Assembly: GCA_032718475.1 (NCBI GenBank) | Contig: JAUCBJ010007556.1 | Coordinates: 1-64,000, forward strand | DNA: 64,000 nt | From: Nemertoderma westbladi | Taxonomy: Eukaryota; Animalia; Xenacoelomorpha | Direction of reading: 5' to 3' | In this document: in pieces, positions 25,831-40,400 of the stretch | Position numbering within the stretch: the stretch's first letter is position 1 | Layout: the number at the start of each line of letters is the position of its first letter | Position numbers and translations under genes: made by a program | The notes under the pieces: generated by a model | The model's input: the letters and a program-made list of their open reading frames with translations, nothing else | Database searches by the model: none | Told to the model about the DNA's origin: nothing

Positions 25831-27231
25831 TTATTTTCTTCTCTGTCTTAGTGAATAACGGCCGATTGTAATTGGTTGCGGAATTCCAGATATCCCTTTG
25901 ATTGAGTTTTTAGCTGTATGACTACTGCCACGCGATTTATCTGGTGAAATAGATTCAGTAAAATGTGAAGGTTTTACACTTTCTTGTCCGGCTTCGGGTA
26001 CTGATGTCCCAACACCGGGTGAACCTGTCCCAACACCGGGTGAACCTGTCCCCACACCGAGTGAACCTGTCCCAACACCGGGTGAACCTGTCCCAACACC
26101 GGGTGAACCTGTCCCAACACCGGGTGAACCTGTCCCAACACCGGGTGAACCTGTCCCAACACCGGGTGAACCTGTCCTAACACTGTGTGAACCTGTCCCA
26201 ACACCGGGTGAACCTGTCCCAACACTGTGTGAACCTGTCCCAACACCGGGTGAACCTGTCCCAACACCGGGTGAACCTGTCCCAACACCGGGTGAACCTG
26301 TCCCAACACTGTGTGAACCTGTCCCAACACCGGGTGAACCTGTCCCAACACCGGGTAAACCTGTCCCAACACCGGGTGAACCTGTCCCAACACCGGGTAA
26401 ACCTGTCCCAACACCGGGTGAACCTGTCCCAACACCGGCTATAACTGTCTCATCGTTCCCAATTATTTTATCTTCAAGGTAATCTCCAATCTTGAATGCC
26501 AAACTTTTCCTCAATAACACTGTGGCCACCACGCCCACGCCCATCACCAAAGCGTCTACGGCGAGATAAACAACCGTAAAGTTAGTTTTGTAGATACAGT
26601 TGTAGAAATAGTCCGTTACATCTTGCTCTCGGTCGCAGGCAGGTATACCAAATCCAACGCTCGTAGCAATAGAGATGACCGACGTGCAGACCATGGCTAA
26701 TAGTGACAGAGTCGTGTACAACCGAAGTACATTAGCCAATCGGGTCGTCGTTAGACTGGTGTAACCGCTGATGACTCGACGTTTTGGTCCCTCGAGAAAG
26801 GCCCAAAGTGACATTCCGATTAGCCAAGGACCGATAAACCAATGGACTGTAAATACACTTGGTAGACCCAATAGGACTTGGCACGCTACCACGACTTGGT
26901 AAAAAGTCACTAAATGCTCGCGATGTCTCAAAAAGTTAAGCTCTTTACAAATTCTTTCCCTTAATTCTTTTCCCTTTTCGTCAATATCTTTGTTGAGTAG
27001 CAGCTCAACCTCATCAGAGTTACTCAACCCGTTATCGCATACAGTTCGTCTTTCGTCCAACTCCCGTCCCTTATGCCGCAAACTGAACCGCGATGAACAG
27101 CAGTCGTTGTATCCCAGTTTGACCACTAGATGGAGCAACTGAGCTTTGGCTCTCCATAGTGGATCGTCGTGAGGCACAGAGACCGATAATTTGGGCCCCA
27201 GAAACAACGGATTGGAGAAAAAAATAATCAT
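25831..27231 (-). CDS. Intronless 466-aa protein: N-terminal ubiquitin-like domain, four predicted TM helices, ~20 VGTGSPG heptad repeats, basic C-tail
   Basis: MIIFF...KLSVSV.HDD.L...K.QL...[32 protein letters not shown] fits the ubiquitin-fold pattern. Four hydrophobic stretches follow, with a Cys pair and an NFT sequon between the third and fourth. Composition is coding-like against AT-rich flanks. Confidence 0.75.
   Translation of the reverse strand: MIIFFSNPLFLGPKLSVSVPHDDPLWRAKAQLLHLVVKLGYNDCCSSRFSLRHKGRELDERRTVCDNGLSNSDEVELLLNKDIDEKGKELRERICKELNFLRHREHLVTFYQVVVACQVLLGLPSVFTVHWFIGPWLIGMSLWAFLEGPKRRVISGYTSLTTTRLANVLRLYTTLSLLAMVCTSVISIATSVGFGIPACDREQDVTDYFYNCIYKTNFTVVYLAVDALVMGVGVVATVLLRKSLAFKIGDYLEDKIIGNDETVIAGVGTGSPGVGTGLPGVGTGSPGVGTGLPGVGTGSPGVGTGSHSVGTGSPGVGTGSPGVGTGSPGVGTGSHSVGTGSPGVGTGSHSVRTGSPGVGTGSPGVGTGSPGVGTGSPGVGTGSPGVGTGSLGVGTGSPGVGTGSPGVGTSVPEAGQESVKPSHFTESISPDKSRGSSHTAKNSIKGISGIPQPITIGRYSLRQRRK
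26005..26437. repeat. Coding minisatellite, 21-bp unit CTGTCCCAACACCGGGTGAAC, ~20 copies
   Basis: Directly visible and in frame within the 466-aa ORF. Variants encode SPG, LPG, SHS and SLG. Confidence 0.95.
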
Positions 27232-29105
27232 TGTGAAAAGTTATGAAACACGAAGGTATACAAATTATCGTACGCAATAAATAATTAAGTGTTCACCGGT
27301 AACCACTAACAATACATGCTACTAACACTGACAGAACTAATATTTAACACATGTAATTTGCTGATTATTTAGCTCTTAACAGGTACTTAGAATACTTTGT
27401 GTCTAGCCTAGTGAGGCCAGCAGGCTACTTAACTAACTCTGGCCTACCATATTCCACCCTAGAGCCTAGAGTTCGGTAAATACTCTCTACCTACATGTAA
27501 CATTAACATTTTTATAACTTGAGGTTGAGAGTGCTAACATCAAATTTGTCACGGTTAATTTCCATTCTGATGAAAAAGTATTTTGAAGGAAACATAGTAA
27601 CACCACCATGCCCAGTACTAAATGAAAACAAATGGGGAAGACTGATTCTTTTTGGATATAAAATAGGAATATTAGGTGAGAATTTGCAATTATTATTAAT
27701 GATTTTCGGTTACCAACATAAAATATCCAAACGGCCATAAAATAACATAAACAGTTCGAATACAAAATGTGTATTTATTTTCCAAAAGGATCACATTAAC
27801 AACGTTCGCATTCATAATAATATTGGCGGCTAATTAATAGCTAGAAAATTAAATATTGGATTAAATAAAACATAATTTACAGCAGATTAAATTAACAAAT
27901 ATATATAAATAAATACATTTAATAACAGTTGAACGACAATAATATTGTAATATATAATGCAATATATAATATGCCTAAACATTACTTACTTACACACCCG
28001 TAATGTATAGTTAGTGCCTAAAATCTAAATTGTTTTATAAATGCGAATTTTAGTGCCGTTACATTCAAGTACATTAGTTATTTATCCCTGTCCTTTAGTT
28101 AGCCGGCCAAGTACGTCAGATTTTCGCTCCATCCCAGAACTAAAAGGAAACACGTATGTATTAGGTACCATAAGTAATAGTTCGATGTTAACATTACTTC
28201 CATCCATGTACATATTTTGCGTTGAGTTATTGTATTATTGTTGTTTGATATTTATTTTATTAATTTATTTAGTGTCATTCTTTCGATCTAGTGTTGTTGG
28301 ACAATTTGAGTTCTATGGTGTTATTTTAAAATTTATTTGTTGTGTTTATATGATTACAATAAATAAATAGCGGGCGTTGCTTTATATAAAATTAAATTAC
28401 TACAGAGGCACTCACCATTAACTACATTTTATTTAATGTAAATCAACGTAATGGCGAATTTTCCAACTCAATAGTCAACACATAATAATAAATAAAATAT
28501 TGCAAAATTAATGATGAATATTTGTGAACACGGTTACTGCACACCTATTTGTGATAAACAAACAATGTTACTGCTACTGTATTGTATATAAATAAATTAT
28601 TTTAGTAAACCTTGTAAAATAACAGATTACATAAAAAAAATTGTCGGCCTTCAACATCAATAAAAAAAAGTTGACTTACAACAATATAAAATTGTTATTG
28701 TATTTGACAATACACGATTTATATTACAAAAAATATACATACGGTATTGTATCATATTATATGCATTAAAAAGCTGGTAAGAAAAAACACAATTATTAAT
28801 CATCTACATTAACGTTAGTTCTTTTATAAATACAATTAGACAATAATACAGCACAATAAGTTCATCAACATTTATTAGCTGCCATAATAATAATACTATA
28901 ATGTATTCAAAATTCAAATACCGCATACTGTATATGTAGGTATGCAATATTAATTAATAATAGTATTGGTGACATTCTATTTAACGAGTCACGTCTATAT
29001 TATGTATATCAATAACAATTATATCAATATATTACAGTCGTAAGCTGAATGAAATATGAATTACCTGTGTGTAGTGTGTAAACCCCACGCCGGCCCCTTA
29101 CAGCC

Positions 29106-30035
29106 TTATTTGGACTTGAGTTTAAATATCGTGTACAACACCGCCCCAAATATACTGAGATTTAGACCGATAAAGTTGGCCCAACTGAACATGTAATCGC
29201 CACCCACTACCATACCGACGTAGGTTGTAGCTACGTTCTTCATACATCCGACAATGGAAGTAGTCAGAGGAGAATTATAAAATGTACAGAGCATGGTAGC
29301 CCAGAGAAGGATTAAACCCGCAACGCAAGTCCCTAGGAAATATATAGCGAAGGAAAGGTTAGACCAGTGGGGGTACTGAGTGGCGGCTGTTAGATCGCCG
29401 GAAGTGGAGGAAAGAATGACAACCGGAAGCAACATAAACAATGCATTGTAGAACAGCAAACCGTATTTACCGATATCGTTTGACTGCAGTATTGATTTGG
29501 TGTAGACGTTGTTAGCCGCGGAGAATATGTCGCTTAGCAGGATGACGGAATAGGCGACGACGTCAAAGGCTAGGTCGTTTATCGCAGCGACCAACGCGCC
29601 TATTACCATGATAACAACAGATAAACAAACCCCAACGGGCATACGATTTCTTAGCAGAACAAATTCGCCAAGTAGAGTTAGTAAGATAGTAAATCTTCTG
29701 AGAACAACAAACATAGGAAGACTCACCGCTTTTGTTCCTCTTAAACTCGTCACTAAAGTCCCGAGGTAGAGAAGAGGAAGAGGAAATATTTTATAAGGAA
29801 TAGACCGGGATAGCTTAGGGAAGTTTACTACTCCTATTAGTTTAAGGAAACCTAGGATGACAACAACCGCTACCATTTGGCCGATACCGAGAAACATGCT
29901 GCTGGGGAATTTGTAACCCGTGAGAACAATCTTATTGAGTAGAGTTATTATAAAGGAAGAGACGCCGTAGAACAGTGCCGATCCAATGCAGAAGACAAAC
30001 GATTTAGAGTCGTCGGAGAATGGTGATTGATCCAT
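29106..30035 (-). CDS. SLC35D1: SLC35D1/D2-like UDP-sugar transporter (fringe connection / sqv-7 family), intronless
   Basis: SALFYG.SSF.I...NK.VLT.Y.FPS...LGIGQM, KIFPLPLLY, SLPMF.VLRRF, GKYGLLFYNALFM, LCT.YNS.LTT.IVGC.KN...TYVGM..GGDY.FSW.NFIGLNLS; about 10 hydrophobic segments. D1 versus D2 is not resolvable in an invertebrate. Confidence 0.93.
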   Translation of the reverse strand: MDQSPFSDDSKSFVFCIGSALFYGVSSFIITLLNKIVLTGYKFPSSMFLGIGQMVAVVVILGFLKLIGVVNFPKLSRSIPYKIFPLPLLYLGTLVTSLRGTKAVSLPMFVVLRRFTILLTLLGEFVLLRNRMPVGVCLSVVIMVIGALVAAINDLAFDVVAYSVILLSDIFSAANNVYTKSILQSNDIGKYGLLFYNALFMLLPVVILSSTSGDLTAATQYPHWSNLSFAIYFLGTCVAGLILLWATMLCTFYNSPLTTSIVGCMKNVATTYVGMVVGGDYMFSWANFIGLNLSIFGAVLYTIFKLKSK

Positions 30036-30984
30036 TATTACTGTATTACAGGCGTACGGTACAGCGGTACGGTAGGCTACAGTCCTACAGCAGCGCCAGC
30101 GGTAGGTTGACCGCTACATACTGACATAGGCCTACTATTGGCCTTTAAATCTATAAATCCATGCTGCCATGTAGTTAGCAGGCTGGCAGGTTAGTTAGTC
30201 AGTCAGTCAGTTAGTAAGAGTACCGGTACTATGATCAGACTATTACAGTATTATCAGATTATCTATAAGCAGTACAGAGATAGGGCCTACCTACTCCAGT
30301 ACTCCTACCAGCCTACTGCCTACAGCTACAGTCGCAGTGAGTGCAACAGTCTGACAGTGCAGCAGCAGCAGTGTGTGCCTGGTAAATATGGCCGTCAGCG
30401 CTGCGCCACTGCAGCACTGAGCAACATTAATTTTCGGGAATAATTTCTCCATAGACTGAAAGAGAGGCCTATCCCAAGGACTACAACTACTGAAGCAGCT
30501 CTGCTTCAGTGGTCCTTGTCCTAGCCTCTATCTGTCTATTAGACTGATAGACTGATAGAAGCTCTTGTGTAGGTGGCTTATTTTCGTAGCAGTGTAGGCC
30601 TATAGCCTGTATAGCTTAGTAGGCTGTAAGGTCGTACTATACAGTCTGACAGTATACATAGCATAGAGATCGCTATGTTCCAGAATATACACTACCGGTA
30701 ACAGGATAACACTGTAAGAGCTTAATTATTAATGTTAGGCCTACAGAATTATTATATCTGATTGTGTTACCTTGTTACCGAACCACGACCACCACCATGC
30801 TGGGTGATTAGTTTGCTTAGGCCCGGGAGGGGGGGGGGGGGGGGGGGGTCGCTACACCTACAGTACCTGGTGGCGTTGGTAATTAATTATAAAAGGATGG
30901 AGGATGGAGTAGAGTTGAGTCACATGTATGGTGGCTGATTTAGGCCCCATTTAATTTCTAAATTACGTTGTTCAGGGAATTAAG

Positions 30985-31470
30985 AAAACAGAAACAAAAT
31001 AAACTAAATTAAGTAAATTCTGTTTCGATTGATTGAAAAAATAAATTAAGTACCCGGTAAATTCTAATTGGTTGAAAAAATAAATAAACTAAATTAAGTA
31101 AATTCTGATTGGTTGAATTTATAAATAAACTAAATTAAGCAGATTTCTGATTGGTAGCAAAAATAAATAAAATAAATTAAGGGGTTATTCGTCAGTATAC
31201 TGTAGAATGCCGGTACCACTACTACAGTACTACAGTTTTTTAACTGTAGTAACTGTTTTTAAACCTTGTAAACCATGTTGGTGCCCATCATACAGCCACA
31301 TACCGCAGTCTGCAGTACCACATAACGGCCTACAGTGCTACAGTCAGACTGTATAATTTTATTTGTCGTTTATTTCAACCAATCAGAATTAACGTAATTT
31401 ATTTTATTTATTTTTTCAACCAATCAGAATTTACTTTTTAGTATTTATTTTTTCAACCAACCAGAAACCG
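30985..31470. repeat. Fold-back of short AT-rich repeats containing TTCTGATTGGTTGAA (left) and TTCAACCAATCAGAA (right); MITE-like
   Basis: About four direct units at 30995-31180 and about three inverted units at 31365-31470. Confidence 0.55.
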
Positions 31471-34400
31471 ATAATAATGGCAAATAGTGTCATTGTCGTC
31501 GTTGTTGTTAACATGTTGTTGTTGACATGCTAATATACCGGTACAGTATGTATTATACCATTTGCGTATTTTTTTTTAAGAAGGTGATCGGTTCGCAGTT
31601 CTCCAGTCGCCCGCCAGAGGGCTAAATGTCTGAAAGTGTAAACCTTCCACAGTTTCCTTGATCTTAATCTCTGTTGAAGCTGAAACTTGGCATAAATGTA
31701 CTAGAAAACTGGATGCTTCCTTGTTGGACGGTACTCCATCTATGTACACTTCTACGGTATTAGTTTGCAGCTAGAAGCTGAGAAGGTCGAAATATCTGAA
31801 ATTGAAAACCTTCTCTCATTTCGTTATTTGATATCCGTTCAAACTGAAGCTTGGCAGATAAACATGCTAGACCGTAGACCATCCATAGGCCTGCATGTCA
31901 AACACTATTAACCAACAAGACCCCTAACAGACAAGACCTCATTTGTTTATTACCGGTAACAATACACATGGGTTCATTTGTTTATTACCGGTAACAATAC
32001 ACATGGGTTCATTTGTTTATTACCGGTAACAATACACATGGGTTAATTTGTTTATTACCGGTAACAATACACATGGGTTCATTTGTTTATTACCGGTAAC
32101 TTGTTTATAACCAGTAACAATACACATTGGTTCATTTGTTTATTACCGGTAACAATACACATGGGTTCATTTGTTTTTTAGCGGTAACAATAGGCCTACA
32201 CATGGGTTCATTTGTTTATTACCGGTAACAATACACATGGTTTCATTTATTTATTACCAGTAACAATACACATGGGTTCATTTGTTTATTATCGGTAACA
32301 GTACAAACTGATTCAATTGTTTATTACCGGTAACAATACACATGGGTTCATTTGTTTATTATACGTAACAGTACAAACGCATTCATTTGTTTATTACCGG
32401 TTACAATACACATGGGTTCATTTGTTTATTACCGGTAACTTGTTTATTACAGTAACAATACACATTGGTTCATTTGTTTATTACCGGTAACAATACATAT
32501 GGGTTCATTTGTTTATTACCGGTAACAATACACACGGGTTTATTTGTTTATTACCGGTAACTTGTTTATTACCAGTAACAATACACTTGGTTCATTTGTT
32601 TATTACCGGTAACAATACACATGGGTTCATTTGTTTTTTACCGGTAACAATAGGCATACACACGGGTTCATTTGTTTATGACCGGTAACAATACACATGG
32701 TTTCATTTATTTATTACCAGTAACAATACACATGGATTCATTTGTTTATTACCGGTAACAATACACGTGGGTTCATTTGTTTATTACCAGTAACTTGTTT
32801 AGTACTGGTAACAATACACATGGGTTCATTTGTTTATTACCGGTAACAATACATATGGGTTCATTTGTTTGTTACCAGTAACAATAGGCCTACACACGGG
32901 TTCATTTGTTTATTACCGGTAACAATACACATTGTTTCATTTGTTTATTACCAGTAACAATAGCCTACATGCGGGTTCATTTGTTTATTACAAGTAACAA
33001 TACACGCGGGTTCATTTGTTTGGTACAGGTAACAGTACACACGGGTTCATTTGTTTATTACCGGTAACAATACACATGGGTACATTTGTTTGTTAACTGT
33101 AACAATAGGCCTACACACGTGGTTCATTTGTTTATTACCGGTAACAATACACATGGTTTTATTTGTTTATTACCAGTAACAATACACACGGGTTCATTTA
33201 TTTATTACCGGTAACAATACACGCGGGTTCATTTGTTTAGTACCGGTAACAATACCCATGGTTTCATTTGTTTATTACCGGTAACAATTCAAATGGCTTT
33301 ATTTGTTTATTACCAGTAACAATACACATGGGTTCATTTGTTTATTACCGGTAACAATACACATGGGTTCATTTGTTTGGTACTGGTAACAATAGGCCTA
33401 CACACGGGTTCATTTGATTATTACCAGTGACAATACACATGGGTTCATTTGTTTGGTACCAGTACCAATAGGCCTACACACGGGTTCATTTGTTTATTAC
33501 CAGTAACAATACACATGGGTTCATTTGTTTATTACTGGTAACAATACACACGGGTTCATTTCTTTATTACCGGTAACAATACACATGGTTTCATTTGTTT
33601 ATTACCGGTAACAATACACACGGGTTCATTTCTTTATTACCGGTAACAATACACATGGTTTCATTTGTTTATTACCGGTAACAATACACATGGGTTCATT
33701 TGTTTATTACTGGTAACAATGCAAATGGGTTCATTTGTTTATTACTGGTAACAATACACGCGGGTTCATTTGTTTATTACCATTAACAATACAAGCGGGT
33801 TCATTTCTTTATTACCGGTAACAATAGCCTACACGCAGGTTCATTTGTTTATTACCGGTAACAGTACACACGGGTTCATTTGTTTATTACCAGTAACAAT
33901 ACATGCGGGTTCATTTGTTTATTATCGGTAACAGTACACACGGGTTCGTTTGCTTATTACTGGTAACAATACATGCGGGTTCATTTGTTTATTATTGGTA
34001 ACAGTACACATGGGTACATTTGTTTATTACTGGTAACAATACACACGGGTTTATTTGTTTATTACCGGTAACAATTCACACGGGTTCATTTGTTTATTAC
34101 CGGTAACAATACACATGGGTTACTTTGTTTGGTACCGGTAACAATAGGCCTACACACGGGTTCATTTGTTTATTACCGGTAACAATACACATGGGTTCAT
34201 TTTTTTGGTACCGGTAACAATAGCCTACACGCGGGTTCATTTGTTTATTATCGCTAACAATACATGCAGGTTCATTTGTTTATTACCGGTAACAGTACAC
34301 ACGGGTTCATTTGTTTATTACCAGTAACAATACATGCGGGTTCATTTGTTTATTATCGGTAACAATACACACGGGTTCATTTGTTTATTACCAGTATCAA

Positions 34401-37400
34401 TACATGCGGGTTCATTTGTTTATTATCGGTAACAGTACACACGGGTTCATTTGTATATTACCTGTAACAATACTTGCGGGTTCATTTCTTTATTACCGGT
34501 AACAATACACATGGGTTCATTTGTTTGTTACCAGTAACAATAGGACTACACACGGGTTCATTTGTTTATTACCGGTAACAATACACATTGTTTCATTTGT
34601 TTATTACCGGTAACAATAGCCTACATGCGGGTTCATTTGTTTATTACCGGTAACAATACACGAGGGTTCCTTTGTTTGTTACCGGTAACAGTACACACGG
34701 GTTCATTTGTTTATTACCGGTAACAATACACATGGGTACATTTGTTTGTTACCTGTAACAATAGGCCTACACACGTGGTTCATTTGTTTATTACCGGTAA
34801 CAATACACATGGTTTCATTTGTTTATTACCAGTAACAATACACACGGGTTCATTTGTTTATTACCGGTAACAATACATGCAGGTTCATTTGTTTATTACC
34901 AGTAACAATACCCATGGTTTCATTTATTTATTACCGGTAACAATTCAAATGGCTTCATTTGTTTATTACCAGTAACAGTACACATGGGTTCATTTGTTTA
35001 TTACCGGTAACAATACACATGGATTCATTTGTTTGGTACCGGTAACAATAGGCCTACACACGGGTTCATTTGATTATTACCAGTGACAATACACATGGGT
35101 TCATTTGTTTGGTACCAGTACCAATAGGCCTACACACGGGTTCATTTGTTTATTACCAGTAACAATACACATGGGTTCATTTGTTTATTACTGGTAACAA
35201 TACACACGGGTTCATTTCTTTATTACCGGTAACAATACACATGGTTTCATTTGTTTATTACCGGTAACAATACACACGGGTTCATTTCTTTATTACCGGT
35301 AACAATACACATGGTTTCATTTGTTTATTACCGGTAACAATACACATGGGTTCATTTGTTTATTACTGGTAACAATGCAAATGGGTTCATTTGTTTATTA
35401 CTGGTAACAATACACGCGGGTTCATTTGTTTATTACCATTAACAATACAAGCGGGTTCATTTGTTTATTACCGGTAACAATAGCCTACACGCGGGTTCAT
35501 TTGTTTATTATCGGTAATAATACACGCGGGTTCATTTGTTTATTACCGGTAACAGTACACACGGGTTCATTTGTTTATTACCAGTAACAATACATGCGGG
35601 TTCATTTGTTTACTATCGGTAACAGTACACACGGGTTCGTTTGCTTATTACTGGTAACAATACATGCATGCGGGTTCATTTGTTTATTATTGGTAACAGT
35701 ACACATGGGTTCATTTGTTTATTACTGGTAACAATACACACGGGTTCATTTGTTTATTACCGGTAACAATACACATGGGTTACTTTGTTTGGTACCGGTA
35801 ACAATAGGCCTACACACGGGTTCATTTGTTTATTACCGGTAACAATACACATGGGTTCATTTTTTTGGTACCGGTAACAATAGCCTACACGCGGGTTCAT
35901 TTGTTTATTATCGCTAACAATACACGCGGGTTCATTTGTTTATTACCGGTAACAGTACACACGGGTTCATTTGTTTATTACCAGTAACAATACATGCGGG
36001 TTCATTTGTTTATTATCGGTAACAATACACACGGGTTCATTTGTTTATTACCAGTATCAATACATGCGGGTTCATTTGTTTATTTTCGGTAACAGTACAC
36101 ACGGGTTCATTTGTTTATTACCTGTAACAATACTTGCGGGTTCATTTGTTTATTACCGGTAACAATACACATGGGTTCATTTGTTTGTTACCAGTAACAA
36201 TAGGACTACACACGGGTTCATTTGTTTATTACCGGTAACAATACACATTGTTTCATTTGTTTATTACCGGTAACAATAGCCTACATGCGGGTTCATTTGT
36301 TTATTACCGGTAACAATACATGCAGGTTCATTTGTTTATTACCAGTAACAATACCCATGGTTTAATTTATTTATTACCGGTAACAATTCAAATGGCTTCA
36401 TTTATTTATTACCAGTAACAATACACATGGGTTCATTTGTTTATTACCGGTAACAATACACATGGATTCATTTGTTTGGTACCGGTAACAATAGGCCTAC
36501 ACACGGGTTCATTTGTTTATTACCAGTAACAATACACATGGGTTCATTTGTTTGGTACCGGTAACAATAGGCCTACACACGGGTTCATTTGTTTATTACC
36601 AGTGACAATACACATGGGTTCATTTGTTTGGTACCAGTAACAATAGGCATACACACAGGTTCATTTGTTTATTACCAGTAACAATACACATGGGTTCAAT
36701 TTTTTATTACCGGTAACAATACACATGGGTTCATTTCTTTATTACCGGTAACAATACACATGGTTTCATTTGTTTATTACCGGTAACAATACACATGGGT
36801 TCATTTGTTTATTACTGGTAACAATGCACATGGGTTCATTTGTTTATTACCGGTAACAATACATGCGGGTTCATTTGTTTATTACCGTTAACAATACAAG
36901 CGGGTTCATTTGTTTATTACCGGTAACAATAGCCTTCACGCGGGTTCATTTGTTTATTATCAGTAATAATACACGCGGGTTCATTTGTTTATTACCGGTA
37001 ACAGTACACACGGTTTAATTTGTTTATTACTGGTAACAATACATGCGTGTTCATTTGTTTATTATCGGTAACAATACAAGCGGGTTCATTTGTTTATTAC
37101 CGGTAACAATACACATGGGTTCATTTGTTTATTACCGGTAACAATATACACGGGTTCATTTGTTTATTACCGGTAACAATTCACACGGGTTCATTTGTTT
37201 ATTACTGGTAACAATACACACGGGTTCATTTGTTTATTACCAGTAACAATACACTGGGTTCTTTTGTTTATTACTGGTAACAATTCAAATGGCTTCATTT
37301 GTTTATTACCAGTAACAATACACATGGGTTCTTTTGTTTATTACCGGTAACAATACGCATGGGTTAATTTGTTTGGAACCGGTAACAATAGGCCTACACA

Positions 37401-40400
37401 CGGGTTCATTTGTTTATTACCGGTAACAATACACATGGGTTCATTTTTTTGGCACCTGTAACAATAGGCCTACACACGGGTTCATTTGTTTATTACTGGT
37501 AACAATACACACGGGTTCATTTCTTTATTACCGGTAACAATACACATGGGTTCATTTGTTTAATACCGGTAACAATACACGCGGGTTCATTTGTTTATTA
37601 CCGGTAACATTACACATGGGTTAATTTGTTTATTACTGGTAACAACTCAAACGGCTTCATTTGTTTATTACCAGTAACAATACACGCGGGTTCATTTGTT
37701 TATTATCAGTAACAATACACACGGGTTCATTTGTTTATTACCAGTAACAATACCCATTATTTCATTTGTTTATTACTGGTAACAATACATGCGGGTTCAT
37801 TTGTTTATTATCGGTAACAATACACATGGGTTAATTTGTTTGTTACCATTAACAATACAAGCGGGTTCATTTGTTTATTACCGGTAACAATAGCCTATAC
37901 GCGGGTTCATTTGTGTATTATCGGTAATAATACACGCGGGTTTATTTGTTTATTACCAGTAACAATACACACGGGTTCATTTGTTTATTACCAGTAACAA
38001 TACACATGATTTCATTTGTTTATTACTGGTAACAATACACATGGATTCTTTTGTTTAATACTGGTAACAATTCAAATGGCTTCATTTGTTTATTACCAGT
38101 AACAATACACATGGGTTCTTTTGTTTATTACCGGTAACAATACACATGGGTTAATTTATTTGGAACCGGTAACAATAGGCCTACACACGGGTTCATTTGT
38201 TTATTACCGGTAACAATACACATGGGTTCATTTTTTTGGCACCGGTAACAATAGTCCAACACACGGGTTCATTTGTTTATTACCGGTAACAATACACACG
38301 GGTTCATTTGTTTATTACCAGTAACAATTCCCATGATTTCATTTGTTTATTACTGGTAACAATACAAGCGGGTTCATTTGTTTATTACCGGTAACAATAG
38401 CCTACACGCGGGTTCATTTGTTTATTATCGGTAACAATACAAGCGGTTTCATTTGTTTATTACCGGTAACAATACACATAGGTTCATTTGTTTAATACCG
38501 GTAACAATACACGCGGATTCATTTGTTTATTACCAGTAACAATTCCCATGATTTCATTTGTTTATTACTGGTAACAATACAAGCGTGTTCATTTGTTTAT
38601 TACCGGTAACAATAGCCTACACGCGGGTTCATTTGTTTATTATCGGTAACAATACAAGCGGTTTCATTTGTTTATTACTGGTAACAATACACATGGTTTC
38701 ATTTGTTTATTACCAGTAACAATACACGCGGGTTCATTTGTTTATTATCAGTAACAATACACACAGGTTCATTTGTTTATTACCAGTAACAATACCCATG
38801 ATTTCATTTGTTTATTATTGGTAACAATACATGCGGGTTCATTTGTTTATCATCGGTAACAATACACATGGGTTAATTTGTTTGTTACCGTTAACAATAC
38901 AAGCGGGTTAATTTGTTTATTACCGGTAACAATAGCCTACAAGCGGGTTCATTTGTTTATTATCGGTAATAATACACGCGGGTTCATTTGTTTATTACCA
39001 GTAACAATACCCATGGTTTCATTTGTTTATTACCGGTAACAATACCCATGATTTCATTTGTTTATTACTGGTAACAATACATGCGGGTTCATTTGTTTTT
39101 TATCGGTAACAATACACATGGGTTAATTTGTTTGTTACCGTTAACAATACAAGCGGGTTCATTTGTTTATTACCAGTAACAATAGCCTACACGTGGGTTC
39201 ATTTGTTTATTATCGGCAATAATACACGCTGGTTTATTTGTTTATTACCAGTAACAATACACACGGGTTCATTTGTTTATTACCAGTAACAATACACATG
39301 ATTTCATTTGTTTATTACTGGTAACAATACAAGCGGGTTCATTTGTTTATTACCGGTAACAATAGCCTACACGCGGGTTCATTTGTTTATTATCGGTAAT
39401 AATACACGCGGGTTCATTTATTTATTACCAGTAACAATACCCATGATTTCATTTGTTTATTATCGGTAACAGTACAAACGGGTTCATTTGTTTATTATCG
39501 GTAACAATACATGCGGGTTCATTTGTTTATTACCGTTAACAATACAAGCGGGTTCATTTGTTTATTACCGGTAACAATACACATGATTTCATTTGTTTAT
39601 TACTGGTAACAATACAAGCGGGTTCATTTGTTTATTACCGGTATCAATAGCCTGCACGCGGGTTCATTTGTTTATTACCGGTAACAATACCCATGATTTC
39701 ATCTGTTTATTACTGGTAACAATACATGCGGGTTCATTTGTTTATTATCGGTAACAGTACAAACGGGTTCATTTGTTTATTATCGGTAACAGTACAAACG
39801 GGTTCATTTGTTTATTACCGGTAACAATACACACTGGTTCATTTGTTTATTACTGGTAACAATACATGCGGGTTAATTTGTTTATTACCGGTAACAGTAC
39901 AAGCGGTTTCATTTGTTTATTACCGGTAACAATACATGCGGGTTCATTTGTTTATTATCGGTAACAGTACAAACGGGTTCATTTGTTTATTATCGGTAAC
40001 AGTACAAACGGGTTCATTTGTTTATTACCGGTAAGAATACACACGGGTTCATTTGTTTATTATCGGTAACAGTACAAACGGGTTCATTTGTTTATTACCG
40101 GTAACAATACATGCGGGTTCATTTGTTTATTATCGTTAACAGTACAAACGGGTTCATTTGTTTATTACCGGTAACAATACATGCGGGTTCATTTGTTTAT
40201 TATCGGTAACAGTACAAACGGGTTCATTTGTCTATTATCGGTAACAGTACAAACGGGTTCATTTGTTTATTACCGGTAACAATACACACGGGTTCATTTG
40301 TTTATTATCGGTAGCAGTACAAACGGGTTCATTTGTTTATTACCGGTAACAATACACACGGGTTCATTTGTTTATTACTGGTAACAATACATGCGGGTTC

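Noticed and set aside
25965-26444. Alternative-frame ORFs (NLSQHRV, GQVHPVL)
   Set aside because: Shadows of the 21-bp coding minisatellite. Only the VGTGSPG frame is continuous with unique coding sequence on both sides.
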